Shown: positions 18,140 to 27,581, counted from the stretch's first letter. The stretch: DNA of 59,602 nt from Actinomycetota bacterium (GCA_046732435.1 JBKPNC010000028.1:1-59602), one strand, 5' to 3'. Translations and numbers: made by a program. The notes: generated by a model from the letters alone, not told the origin.

Positions 18140-19090
18140 TCACGAAGTTGAGCACCATTGGCTCCGTGCGGATCTTCCGACCTTACGCGAGCCAAGCGAC
18201 ACGGCCATGCGCTCCGCGACCGAAACGTCAACCGGCATGAGACACTGGTGCTCAAGGCGATTCGACCAGCTCCGACGCCGATCAGTACGCGGGGCAGAGC
18301 ACCACCTCGGCAGCCACAAAGTTTCGTGCTCGAGAAATTCGGCTGCCCCAAACCGTCCAAAGATCGCCTCGAGTTTGGGTAGCTCCCCAAGGTAACAATG
18401 GATCGCTCGAGCTTTCCGCTCTCGCTGGGCGACAGAAAGCGAGACGTGATGGACTTCCAGTCCGCCCCTCAAACCGGCAGGTAGCTCGGCCTCCGGTCGG
18501 AACAGGCAGTAAGGCTGGTCCGCGTAGAGGCAAGCATCGGGACGCACCTCGAGGACGGCGTCTCTGACTCGGACATGCTCCTGGTTCACGTGCTTCAGGC
18601 CGATCCCGGCAGGTGCATAAACGACCGGCGCAGCAAGGTGAGGTTGGAGTACCGCGGCCGAGACGTGACCGTCTCCGTAATCCTGCTCCACCAGCTCGAG
18701 ATTCACGGAGCTTCGACCAGCCACCGCCAGTGCGGCGCGATCTTCGTCGCGCCGCTGCGCCATCCGACTCGCCGAGTCCTTGGCAGCTGTGTCGCGGTCC
18801 CACTCAGTGAGGTATCCCGGCGGCGGCCCGCCCGTGAAGACATTGACGACCAGTACATCTTCACCGCTATCTAAAACGCTCCAGCACGATAAGACGGCAT
18901 CGTCGAGATGAGTCGAGACGACGACGACTTCGGGCGAACGCGAGTCCACCGATTGAAGGCTAGCGATCGATCGCGCCGGCAAACTCGTGTCGATGTCGGT
19001 CCGACTTTGGCCACCGCGTTCGAGGGAGCTGTGTGCAAAGGACTCTCTGGCTCGTGTGCTTCTGCGTGCAGCGGAAGCGGTAGCGCTCAT
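18140..19090 (-). CDS. PIG-L/LmbE family N-acetylglucosaminyl deacetylase
   Basis: VVVVSTHLDDAVLSCW (HxDD zinc motif region) ... RRDEDRAALAVAG ... YADQPY. The last ~50 codons look like a low-quality tail. Confidence 0.75.
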   Translation of the reverse strand: MSATASAARRSTRARESFAHSSLERGGQSRTDIDTSLPARSIASLQSVDSRSPEVVVVSTHLDDAVLSCWSVLDSGEDVLVVNVFTGGPPPGYLTEWDRDTAAKDSASRMAQRRDEDRAALAVAGRSSVNLELVEQDYGDGHVSAAVLQPHLAAPVVYAPAGIGLKHVNQEHVRVRDAVLEVRPDACLYADQPYCLFRPEAELPAGLRGGLEVHHVSLSVAQRERKARAIHCYLGELPKLEAIFGRFGAAEFLEHETLWLPRWCSAPRTDRRRSWSNRLEHQCLMPVDVSVAERMAVSLGSRKVGRSARSQWCSTS

Positions 19091-19243
19091 CGAGCGCTTT
19101 CAGTTCGAGCCCTCACCGATCGCCGATGCCAGCCCGAATTGGAGACGAAGCCGCGCAGCATCGCGCTTACGAGCACCTCGCCTCCTCCAGCGTACGCGGC
19201 GGCGACATGCACCGCCCCGGGTGATATCAGAGGTAAGTTCGCC

Positions 19244-20575
19244 TCACGCGTGCGCCAGCAGCTCGTCGTACAGCCTGCGGTAGTCCGTGACCATTTTCTC
19301 GACGGAGAATAGGCGTTGGGCTCGCTCGCGGTTCACCTTCCCGGTGCGGAGGCGGCGATCAGGGTCGTCGAGGAGCTCGACGATCTTGGTCGCAAGTGCG
19401 TCGACGTCGCCGGCGGGCGCGAGTACCTCCTCGTCGTCGAGGATCTCGGGCAGCGCTCCCACGTCGTAGGCGGCGACGGGGATTCCCATGTTCATCGCAA
19501 GCGGTACGACGTGCCCGAAGCTCTCCGTGTGGGGCGGTGCGACGAAGATCGACATCTGCTCGTACAGCCGTGGTAGGTCGTCGTAGGCGACATAGGCCGT
19601 GAACGTTACGGCGCGTTCGAGGCCCGCACGCTCGACGGCGGTGCGATACCGCTCGAGGAAGCGTCCTCCGCCGACGATCAGCGCCTTCGCCTCGGGACGC
19701 CGGCGCAGCACCTCGATGAAGATGTTGATCGCAGTCTCGTCGAGCTTATCCTTCTCGAGTCGGTAGGCCATGCCGACGCATCCGTCTGGCGGAGCTGCGC
19801 CCGGGCGCCGAGCGAAGAGTTCGAAGTTCGAGCCGGGGTAGATCGTTACGTTGTTCGCATCGCTACGGCCGAAGACCGTCCGCACGTAGTCGCTGACGAA
19901 GACGTAGCAGCGGACGGCGTCACTGACGTACGGCGCGACGGGGATGTTGATGTTCTCCACGACCGGGCAGCCGTACGCCTCCGCCGCTTGGAACAGGCAG
20001 GCGTACCACTCCCAGTCGGCCTGGCTGTATGGGTGCCGGTGATGACCGAGGAAGTGAATGTGCGTCAAGTCCGGTCGGAACCGCCGCAGCACGGTCAGTG
20101 CGTCCGCTGGATTCGTGATTTCCGGAATCGAATGCAGCTCCAACCCCACGTAGTGCGGTTGCGGCGGAGCGTCGCGGACGATCGTCACCTGCTCGAAGCG
20201 GTCACCGAGATGCTCGACCAGGTCGACGACGAGGCGCGCCGACCCACCGGTGTAGAAGTTGCCGATCGCATGCAGCACGCGCGGCCGCTGCTGCCCGGGC
20301 GGGCGGAGCTGCCGGACCGCGTACGGGCGAAACGACGGTGCGAACTCCGCACCACCTCGGCCTGACCGCGATGCTCCCCGGCGCCACCGCGCAACGGTGC
20401 GCCCGCCAAGCTCGCGCCGCACGGCGCTGGCAACAGCGCGCAGCAGGAACGGGAGCTGCTCAAAGCGGCGCAGCCTGACATGCAGCTCCTGGTTCTCCAG
20501 CGAAAGCGCATCGAACTCCCGTTTCAGCAGCGGATCAACGCGGTGGCGGTCAGTCATCGGAGAACTCGGCCGCAT
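19244..20575 (-). CDS. Glycosyltransferase family 4 with ~100-aa N-terminal coiled-coil-like extension
   Basis: RVLHAIGNFYTGGSARLVVDL ... ESFGHVVPLAMNMGIPVAAYDVGALPEIL. N-terminus: KREFDALSLENQELHVRLRRFEQ. Confidence 0.85.
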   Translation of the reverse strand: MRPSSPMTDRHRVDPLLKREFDALSLENQELHVRLRRFEQLPFLLRAVASAVRRELGGRTVARWRRGASRSGRGGAEFAPSFRPYAVRQLRPPGQQRPRVLHAIGNFYTGGSARLVVDLVEHLGDRFEQVTIVRDAPPQPHYVGLELHSIPEITNPADALTVLRRFRPDLTHIHFLGHHRHPYSQADWEWYACLFQAAEAYGCPVVENINIPVAPYVSDAVRCYVFVSDYVRTVFGRSDANNVTIYPGSNFELFARRPGAAPPDGCVGMAYRLEKDKLDETAINIFIEVLRRRPEAKALIVGGGRFLERYRTAVERAGLERAVTFTAYVAYDDLPRLYEQMSIFVAPPHTESFGHVVPLAMNMGIPVAAYDVGALPEILDDEEVLAPAGDVDALATKIVELLDDPDRRLRTGKVNRERAQRLFSVEKMVTDYRRLYDELLAHA

Positions 20576-20758
20576 CGGCGTGCGCGGCCGGAAACACTAG
20601 CGTCCCGTCCGTCCAATGGCTGTGACGCACTGGGTACGCAAGCGGCTGGACGAGGCGAGGCCGGATCTGTCACGGCCGATGGCGCCGCGCTAGCAGGAAG
20701 CGTAGTCGGTCATCGCGAAAACGCCTGTGGCGACCAGGGTCGCCGCGAGGTTCCGCGG

Positions 20759-20764
20759 CATAAT
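20759..20764 (+). promoter_or_regulatory. -10-like hexamer CATAAT placed 6 nt before ATG 20771 (leaderless-type arrangement)
   Basis: ggCATAATcgaccgATG. No Shine-Dalgarno sequence is present. The palindrome GGCGAC-CAGG-GTCGCC lies at 20729-20744, just upstream. Confidence 0.3.
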
Positions 20765-20770
20765 CGACCG

Positions 20771-21886
20771 ATGCCGCCGCCGGGGCCACGAGACCTGCCG
20801 AGTCGCGGCCCGCGACCGGAGCGGAAGCGTTTTACCGTCACGGCGCTGGTGATGACCTACAACCACGCTGCGCTGATCGAGCAGGCGATCGAGAGCGCGC
20901 TCGCGCAGCAGGTAGACGGCGGGTACGAGATCCTGATCGCCGACGACTGTTCGACCGACGGGACTCGCGAGATCGTCCGCGCCTACACCGACCGGTATCC
21001 GGACGTGATCCGCGTTTTGCTCTCGGAGCAGAACATAGGCGAAAGCGCCGTCCGGGCGCAGGCCGTCCATCTAGCCCGAGGCACGTACGTTGCGCTGCTC
21101 GACGGCGACGACTACTGGACGTCCCCGCACAAGCTGCGTACGCAGGTCGAGTTCCTCGACCGGCATCCGGAGTGCGCCATCTGCTTCCACAACGCCACGG
21201 TCGTATACGAGGACGGCAGCGTGGAGCCACACCCCTTCCACAGCAAGAACCCGACGCAGCGGCTCTCGCGGGCGGTTCCTCGCGAGGTATCGACGCTGGA
21301 GGACATTGCGCCAGGAAACTTCATGCTGGCGATGACCGTGATGTTCCGGAACGGGCTCATCGACGAGTTTCCGGAGTGGTATTTCCAGGCCAGCATTCCT
21401 GACTGGCCATTCCATGTCCTCAACGCGGAGCGTGGTCACATCGGTTACATCGACGAAGTCCTTGCCGTCTATCGCGTGCATAGCGGCGGGGCCTGGTCGG
21501 ATCGGATCTCGCACTATCGGGACCCGCAGGATCTTGCAGACATCATCTGGATCCACGACGCGATCAACCGGCATCTCGGGTTTCGCTACGACGCGCGCAT
21601 TAGGGAGCAGACGGCCTATCTGGCGGCCCGTGCGGCCCGCCTGCTCGCGCAGGAAGGCCGGTTGGACGAGGCGGCCGTGCAGGCACGTCGATCGCTTTCG
21701 GACGCCCCGAACCTCAAGGGTTTCTGCGGCCGAATGCACCTGGAGGTGCTAGCCCGTCCACGTCTCGTTCGTGCTCGTTCGAGCGCACCAGTAGCCGCTG
21801 CGGCCATTCCTGCAAAGTATCTCCTGTCAGGGACCCGGCGAGCCGCGGCGATCGCTCGGCGGGCGGCCGTGCGGCTCTCTACATAG
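20771..21886 (+). CDS. Glycosyltransferase family 2
   Basis: FTVTALVMTYNHAALIEQAIESALAQQVDGGYEILIADDCSTDGT ... LLDGDDYW. Start at ATG 20771; the upstream part of ORF 20480..21886 overlaps the divergent gene start. Confidence 0.88.
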   Translation: MPPPGPRDLPSRGPRPERKRFTVTALVMTYNHAALIEQAIESALAQQVDGGYEILIADDCSTDGTREIVRAYTDRYPDVIRVLLSEQNIGESAVRAQAVHLARGTYVALLDGDDYWTSPHKLRTQVEFLDRHPECAICFHNATVVYEDGSVEPHPFHSKNPTQRLSRAVPREVSTLEDIAPGNFMLAMTVMFRNGLIDEFPEWYFQASIPDWPFHVLNAERGHIGYIDEVLAVYRVHSGGAWSDRISHYRDPQDLADIIWIHDAINRHLGFRYDARIREQTAYLAARAARLLAQEGRLDEAAVQARRSLSDAPNLKGFCGRMHLEVLARPRLVRARSSAPVAAAAIPAKYLLSGTRRAAAIARRAAVRLST

Positions 21887-22518
21887 CGGCCGGTCGCACC
21901 TTCCTGGTCGCAGACGTGACAGCTGAGCGCGAGGCTATCCGGCCCGGCAGAGGCTTGCCGCTCGACCGCGAACGAGGGCAGCTCGCCTTTGAGCTCGTTC
22001 AGCAGCTCGGGGCCGAGCCGCTTGGTCAGTTTCATCAACGTCGCCGTTGGCGCGATGCGGCAGAAGCGCGGCCACGTGAACAAAGCCGCCACCTCCCGTG
22101 GACAGTTCTCACAACCGACCCACCGCCCGCTCGCGCACCATCCCACAGCGCCAACGTCGCCGATGTCCGGCGACGTTCGGGCGACCGGGACGCGAGCGGT
22201 ACGGACTATTTCAGAGGGAAGTGGCAGCTACGTGGCCAACTGCCGCGACGGATCCTCGGGGATCGCCAATTCAAACTCGCCGCACGCGTCGGCTACCGCC
22301 TCGGTCAGTAACCGTTGCGCCGCGCCGGCCGCGCCCCAGGCGCCACTCGCCGCGAAGGCTCGGATCGGCTTCGACAGCCGTCACCGGCAGCCTGGCACGG
22401 AAAAGCTCGGCGGGTCATTCTTCGTGCCGGGTCGTGGTGAATGTTGCACGAGGCGTTCATGCGCGCGAAGTGACCCCGGGCGCCGGCGCGGACCGCGCTG
22501 GCGGGCCGAGCCTCCGGT

Positions 22519-23580
22519 ATGTTGGCGTCGTTCTTTCCAGGCGGTTACTTGCGATTGCCGATTGACCCCGAGGCCTCGTCGAGCGACCAACCGCTCGTAT
22601 CCATCGTCTTGTGCGCATGGAGACCGAGGCCCGATTGGCTCCGCGAGGCGGTTGCGAGCGCCCTCGCCCAGCGGGATTGCCAGCTGGAGGTGGTCGTCGT
22701 GGACGACGGTTCGCCAACTCCCGTCGCCGACTTCCTTGTCGACATGGAGGATGCGCGACTGCGCGTCCTCCGCGTCGAGCACGAGGGGTTGGCTAGCGCT
22801 AGGAACGCGGGCGTCCGCGCCGCGCGCGGAGAGTTCCTGCGCTTCGCCGACGCCGATGACGTGTTCGAGTCGGGAAGTACGGCGCGCCTCCTGTCTTTAG
22901 CCGGCGAAGCCGAAACGATCAGCTATGGAGCGACGCTCGTCTGCGATACGGCCCTTCGGCCGCTCGCCGTGAAAAGTTCGCGGCTCGAGGGGTGGGTCGC
23001 CGAGCAATGCCTCCTATACCGCTTCGACGTTAAGCACATGTCGATGCTCTTTCCGCGTTCCGTGGTCGAGCGCGTCGGCGTCTGGGACACGACGCTGCGT
23101 CAGTGCCAGGATTGGGACTACGTCCTCCGGGCGCTTGAGATGGCGCCAGTGCGGGGCGAACAGAGAATCGAGACCTACTACCGGCGACACGAGAGCTCGG
23201 CGAGCGCAAACGTCGAGGGAGCGCTCCTCTACGAGTCGCTGGTGGTGAAGCGGTACTTCGAGCGGCATCCCGAGTTGGCCGGCACGAGCCTGGAGCGGGA
23301 GGCACAGGCCAAGCTCCTCATGGTCCGAGCAAAGGCATCGCCGGCGCTGGGCAAGGGAAGATGCGATTGGCTGGGTCTCGTCGCACGAGCGTTTTGGTTC
23401 CATCCCCGGAGGGCAGCGGAGGAACTCGGTCGAGACGTTGCGCAGGTCGGTGCGCGCGCCGCGAAGCGACTATGGAGACGAAGTCTTTGCTTCACCGCTG
23501 AGTGCGACGACCGGGCTCGTGCGAGGAAGCGAGCAGGGCCTTCGCCGCCGCGCGGCCGCGCTGTTCGAACTCGGCACTGA
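22519..23580 (+). CDS. Glycosyltransferase family 2
   Basis: LVSIVLCAWRPRPDWLREAVASALAQRDCQLEVVVVDDGS ... FADADD. Confidence 0.85.
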   Translation: MLASFFPGGYLRLPIDPEASSSDQPLVSIVLCAWRPRPDWLREAVASALAQRDCQLEVVVVDDGSPTPVADFLVDMEDARLRVLRVEHEGLASARNAGVRAARGEFLRFADADDVFESGSTARLLSLAGEAETISYGATLVCDTALRPLAVKSSRLEGWVAEQCLLYRFDVKHMSMLFPRSVVERVGVWDTTLRQCQDWDYVLRALEMAPVRGEQRIETYYRRHESSASANVEGALLYESLVVKRYFERHPELAGTSLEREAQAKLLMVRAKASPALGKGRCDWLGLVARAFWFHPRRAAEELGRDVAQVGARAAKRLWRRSLCFTAECDDRARARKRAGPSPPRGRAVRTRH

Positions 23581-24394
23581 GCGACCTTCGCATGAGGGGA
23601 CCAGGTAGCTGCGGTCGACGTCGCCGGGCGTGAGCGGTTCCACCAAAAGGAATTTCGCCGGCTGCCGGCCGCGTCTACGACCGAACCAAGGATGGGCACC
23701 ACGTACGTCTCTCGGCGAGTCGCCATGCTGAAGGCACCGCGCTTTGCTTCCATCGCGAGCATTGCGGTGACGACGTCGTTCGTGGACTAGTCGCGGGTCC
23801 GCTCGGATGGGTAGACGTTTCGCAGCTCGCCTGTCGACCAGCCGGTAGCGAGGTTCGCCACGACGCCGACCTCGCGGTCAAGCCTCTGGCGGGGACCGGC
23901 GACGTCCCCTAACCGGCAGACGGCATGACAAAGACCGGTCGGCCCACTCTACGTGCGCGCTCAAAGGTCTCCCGCCACGCTTAGAGGCACCGTTAGGACG
24001 ACTTCGGGCGGGAGGTCGCGCTCTACGCGGCGGTTTTGGCGCATCGGTTTCGGAGAGGGCGGCACGCGTCGAGGTGAGACGATCGAAATCCGGTCGCTAT
24101 GCCGCCTTGAGGCGGCGTTGAGCCGACGCATCGCGCCGGCGTCGGCGTGGGCGAGGTAGCGACAGAGCGAGCCAAGGCACCCGGCCTCGCTCGCTGTGGG
24201 CGAGTCGCGTCCGTCCTGTGAAGCTTCGCAGTCGAGGAAGCTTTAGATTCACGCGTTCGTTGTCCCGCAGCCGGGTCGCGCCTATCGAGCCGTGTCCACG
24301 GTGGTCGGGAACTTGGTTTACCCTACGCTCCCCCGGGATACTCGAAGTCAGCGTTTCCCACTGCGGTTTGTTGCGGCCAAAAAGCGAGGGATCA

Positions 24395-25261
24395 ATGCAG
24401 AACCACCCGATGCGGAGGGTTGTCGGGGAACCGTCATCGAACGGTGACCTTCACGGCTCTTCGCCTGCCGAACGTGAAAGCGACGTTCGGCTGGCCCCGG
24501 CGCTAGTGCGCGTCAGCGTTGTGATTCCGGCGCGCAACGAAGAAAAGAATCTTCCCCATATTCTGCCCCGGCTGCCACAAGACATCCACGAACTCATACT
24601 CGTGGACGGCCAATCCGCCGACGACACCATCGCCACAGCCCGCGCCCTCTACCCCTCAGTGAGGCTTGTCCACCAGGCGGGAGCAGGCAAGGGCGACGCG
24701 CTGGCGTGCGGTTTCGCCGCGGTCACCGGCGACGTCATCGTCACTCTCGACGCTGACGGCTCCACGAACCCGGCGGAGATCCCGCGATTTGTTCATGCGC
24801 TGATGGACGGCGCTGACTACGCCAAGGGCTCACGCTTCGTCCACGGTGGCGGCAGCGACGACATCACTCCCCTCCGCGCCTTCGGCAACCGCGTTCTTAC
24901 GGGACTCGTCAACCTCCTGTTCGGGACTCGCTACTCGGATCTCTGTTACGGATTCAACGCGTTCTGGGCTGAGCTGTCGGAGTTTGTGTCGCGCGACGTG
25001 CCCGGCTTCGAGATCGAGACCGCGATGAACGTTCGCGTTGCCAAAGCGGGCCTCAACGTTTTCGAAGTGGCGAGCCGCGAAGGTGCTCGCGTCCATGGCG
25101 TGAGCAATCTGAAGACGTTTCGCGACGGCTGGCGCGTCCTGCGGACGATCCTCCGCGAGCGGTTCTCATCTCGTCCGATGGAGCATCTTCCCGATGCGCT
25201 GCTCGAGTCTGCGCGAGCGCGCCGATTGTCGTGCATTGGCAAATCGCCGATCCGGGGTTAA
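24395..25261 (+). CDS. DPM1-like GT2 (polyprenol-phosphate sugar synthase type)
   Basis: VSVVIPARNEEKNLPHILPRL...LILVDGQSADDT...VTLDADGSTNPAEIPRF...AKGSRF...GNRVLTGLVNLLFGTRYSDLCYGFNAFW. ATG 24395 is preceded by GAGGG. Confidence 0.85.
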   Translation: MQNHPMRRVVGEPSSNGDLHGSSPAERESDVRLAPALVRVSVVIPARNEEKNLPHILPRLPQDIHELILVDGQSADDTIATARALYPSVRLVHQAGAGKGDALACGFAAVTGDVIVTLDADGSTNPAEIPRFVHALMDGADYAKGSRFVHGGGSDDITPLRAFGNRVLTGLVNLLFGTRYSDLCYGFNAFWAELSEFVSRDVPGFEIETAMNVRVAKAGLNVFEVASREGARVHGVSNLKTFRDGWRVLRTILRERFSSRPMEHLPDALLESARARRLSCIGKSPIRG

Positions 25262-26234
25262 TTTGACCATCCTCCGACGCGGTCGGACTCCGGGCGCGTC
25301 CAGCGCGTGTGCAAGCATGCCGGCGCGCGACCGTGACGCGAACGATCATTGACACAAAGAGATCTCGGTCATCGCGGACGACCGTCGCCGTTCTCGCATC
25401 GCGGCCCGGCCACCGGATTCGACGGGCATGAATCAGTTTGCAAAAGGCGGCAGCTCGTACCCGTCGCCGGCCGTTCTCCGGGAGCTTCCACGAGCTGCGG
25501 CCCCTCGTATGCAAGCCCTACCTCGGCCAAGCCGTGCTTGGCTCGCAGTCACCAGGCGACTGCGGCTACGTTACGTTCGGAGCCAGATTCTCTGGACGCT
25601 CCGCTTATCGCAACCGCGGCAGCGAAAGACGGCCACGAGATGCTCGCTATCCCGCTCGACGTCCATCGTGCAGCGGTTGATCCGCAGGAAGTGCTCCGCC
25701 CTATGCCACGCCCAGCGACGCACGGACGAAACCCATGTAACTGAGATTACGGCCGCCGTCGCGCGCACCCGAGGATCCTCTCGGCGGGATGGACGAATTG
25801 TCAATGATTTGACAGACGCTCGCGAGAGAACCTCACGCATTTTGCGCCGTTTAGTCTACTGCGGAGCGGCCGAGGTCGATCGCGGCGGGCTGCAGGCAGT
25901 GCTACGTAATCCGCGGGAGACGCTCGCCTAAGCGCGCCTCGAATCGCGACGCCAGACGCCGAAGGGCGGCGTACCCGGCAATGCCTCAACGAAAACTGCG
26001 ATCCGGGGTCGGCCTCGTCCGCGGGCTACTCGAGGCAGGGTGACGGAGCCCTGCCTTGCGACGATCGTCGTTCTCCCGGCCGCATCCGCATGCCACCAGG
26101 CCGGCGTCGGAGCAGACGTCGAAATCACACTCGGCCACTTGCACGACCGACTATGGGGGACCCCTCGACGCTCCTAGCCGCATCGAGCGGCTCTCTGTCG
26201 GGAGCTTCGGCTCCGCGCGAGGCATTCTCGGTCG

Positions 26235-26306
26235 GGCCCCGTAGCTCAGTGGATAGAGCAGCGGTTTCCTAAACCGCGTGCGCAGGTTCGATTCCTGCCG
26301 GGGTAT
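26235..26306 (+). tRNA. tRNA-Arg: tRNA-Arg (anticodon CCU)
   Basis: Hand-folded cloverleaf. Acceptor 5' strand is GGCCCCG, followed by TA. D arm is GCTC-AGTGGATA-GAGC. Anticodon arm is GCGGT-TTCCTAA-ACCGC. Variable region is 4 nt (GTGC). T arm is GCAGG-TTCGATT-CCTGC. The 3' acceptor strand is CGGGGTA, giving G2-U71 and a G1/A72 mismatch. No CCA is encoded. Confidence 0.8.
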
Positions 26307-26539
26307 CGCCCCTAACCAAGCGGGAAGTGCACTACAAGCGCGGAGTTCGGAACCAAGGACCTTCCTCTACATCCTTGGCCCGCGTAATTCCGGCTCAGCG
26401 TCGCAACCTCTACAGGCACGGCAGCCTCGCGGTGGGATAACGCGTGTCCTGCCTTCCGCCTTCAGAAGGCTTAAGGCTTTGGATGTACTTCGGGGGCGGT
26501 CGCATTCGTGAGGACTTTGCTCCGGACGACAGCGATCGC

Positions 26540-27082
26540 TCACATGTCCGCTCCGTCGCCGTGGCCGCTTCCGTCAGTGGGAAAGTCGTCAGGGTTTCGA
26601 TCCTTGAGCGCGTCGGAGGCAGCTGCACGCCGGTGATCGCGGATGCCTTCCAGTTGGCGGTCGGCGCGTGCGATCAAGTTCGCAAAGTCGACGTCGCTCA
26701 ACCGCCGGTCATGCGGGAATGTCGTTTCGAGCGCTTGCCAGAGCGAGCGTTTCCCGGTCACGCCCGCCTCGAGCCCTTCGAGCTCGACAAGGCGGCTGAG
26801 CGGCGAATAGCTGCGGATGTGCCCGTTTAGCTTCAGGCGGGCGATCTTCTCCAGCGTCCAGGCCGCTGCCGGTTTGAGAGGTGAGCGGTCGACGCCGAGC
26901 CGATCGATGATCGTCAGGAGCGTCGTTCTGTCCTCGACGATCTGGTCGTGCAGCCAGCGCAGAAACGCCCCCGGCTCCGTTCCCTGGTTGCTCGCCGACG
27001 CGCGTCGCGAGAGCTCGACGCCGAGCGTGGAACCTGCCAGGTGGTCATTCAGGTAGATGTCGAGCCGCCGCATCGGGAACAC
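26540..27082 (-). CDS. Hypothetical helical protein; stand-alone copy of the domain fused to the DUF1990-like protein at 28799..29974
   Basis: GTG 27082 lies 8 nt after GGAGG. IYLNDHLAGSTLGVELSRR ... KLNGHIRSYSPLSRLVELEGL aligns with IYLDDHVAVVVGTRELVKR ... KPNGNISGYSPLTRVVELEYL of the other protein. Confidence 0.75.
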   Translation of the reverse strand: MFPMRRLDIYLNDHLAGSTLGVELSRRASASNQGTEPGAFLRWLHDQIVEDRTTLLTIIDRLGVDRSPLKPAAAWTLEKIARLKLNGHIRSYSPLSRLVELEGLEAGVTGKRSLWQALETTFPHDRRLSDVDFANLIARADRQLEGIRDHRRAAASDALKDRNPDDFPTDGSGHGDGADM

Positions 27083-27094
27083 GCGTCCGGCCTC

Positions 27095-27232
27095 CTCACA
27101 GAAGTCGAATCAGGACGTTCACGAGCAGCGTGAGCACGAGCGAGAGAAGCAGCGATGCGAGCAGGCAGCCCGGCGAGCACCCGTACACCCGCACTCGCCC
27201 GCCGGCATGACGCCGGTCGCCGAACAGCGACA
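27095..27232 (-). CDS. Possible 45-aa membrane peptide (not in the ORF track)
   Basis: GTG 27232 is preceded by GGAGGGAAG. Translation: VSLFGDRRHAGGRVRVYGCSPGCLLASLLLSLVLTLLVNVLIRLL. About 37 of 45 codons end in G/C, against a T-rich third position in the overlapping listed ORF 27049..27249. Confidence 0.35.
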
Positions 27233-27260
27233 CCGCTGCTTCCCTCCACTCCACTCGTCG

Positions 27261-27581
27261 CTAGTCGCGTACCCGGACGCGCGGCGAGTCGGCACTGTCG
27301 CGGTCGATCAGATCCTCGCGCGGGTCGTACGACGAGCTTCTCGTCGCGGCCTTGGCGATGCCACGGCTGAGAATGTACGCACCGACCATCGCGCTCCCGA
27401 GGATCCAGGCCAGCTGCGAGTCGACGTCGTCGACGACGGCGCTGGCGATGAAGAGCGCGACCGTCATCACGACGAGCACCATGAACTCGCTCGTCATGAA
27501 GAAGGGCCTCGTCTCGGTCGGGGCCCTGACCGCTGCGACGCGCGAGTCAGTACGGCCCGTTCGGGCAACGTTGGTAGCCAT
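27261..27581 (-). CDS. Small membrane protein (two predicted TM helices), unknown function
   Basis: ATG 27581 is preceded by AGAGGGGAGAA. MATNVARTG...FFMTSEFMVLVVMTVALFIASAVV...LAWILGSAMVGAYILSRGI. Confidence 0.7.
   Translation of the reverse strand: MATNVARTGRTDSRVAAVRAPTETRPFFMTSEFMVLVVMTVALFIASAVVDDVDSQLAWILGSAMVGAYILSRGIAKAATRSSSYDPREDLIDRDSADSPRVRVRD

Noticed and set aside
21616-22146. 176-aa minus-strand ORF with CxxC...CxxC near its N-terminus (possible zinc-ribbon protein)
   Set aside because: Its C-terminal 90 codons are antisense to the end of the GT2 gene and are Arg/Ala-rich. It has no Shine-Dalgarno sequence or recognisable family. It may be another gene fragment, so it was kept only as part of the gene-debris observation.
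21989-22900. 303-aa plus-strand ORF spanning the gap and the start of the GT2 at 22519
   Set aside because: The composition is Ser/Arg/Ala/Pro-rich. It is out of frame with the motif-bearing GT2 ORF and has no motifs.
25900-26234. Several hairpins (GGCAGGG-N8-CCCTGCC near 26033-26057, GGAGC-TTCG-GCTCC near 26200) that might indicate a structured ncRNA upstream of the tRNA
   Set aside because: There is no recognisable family signature (SRP, 6S, RNase P, tmRNA). Isolated GC-rich hairpins are common at this composition.
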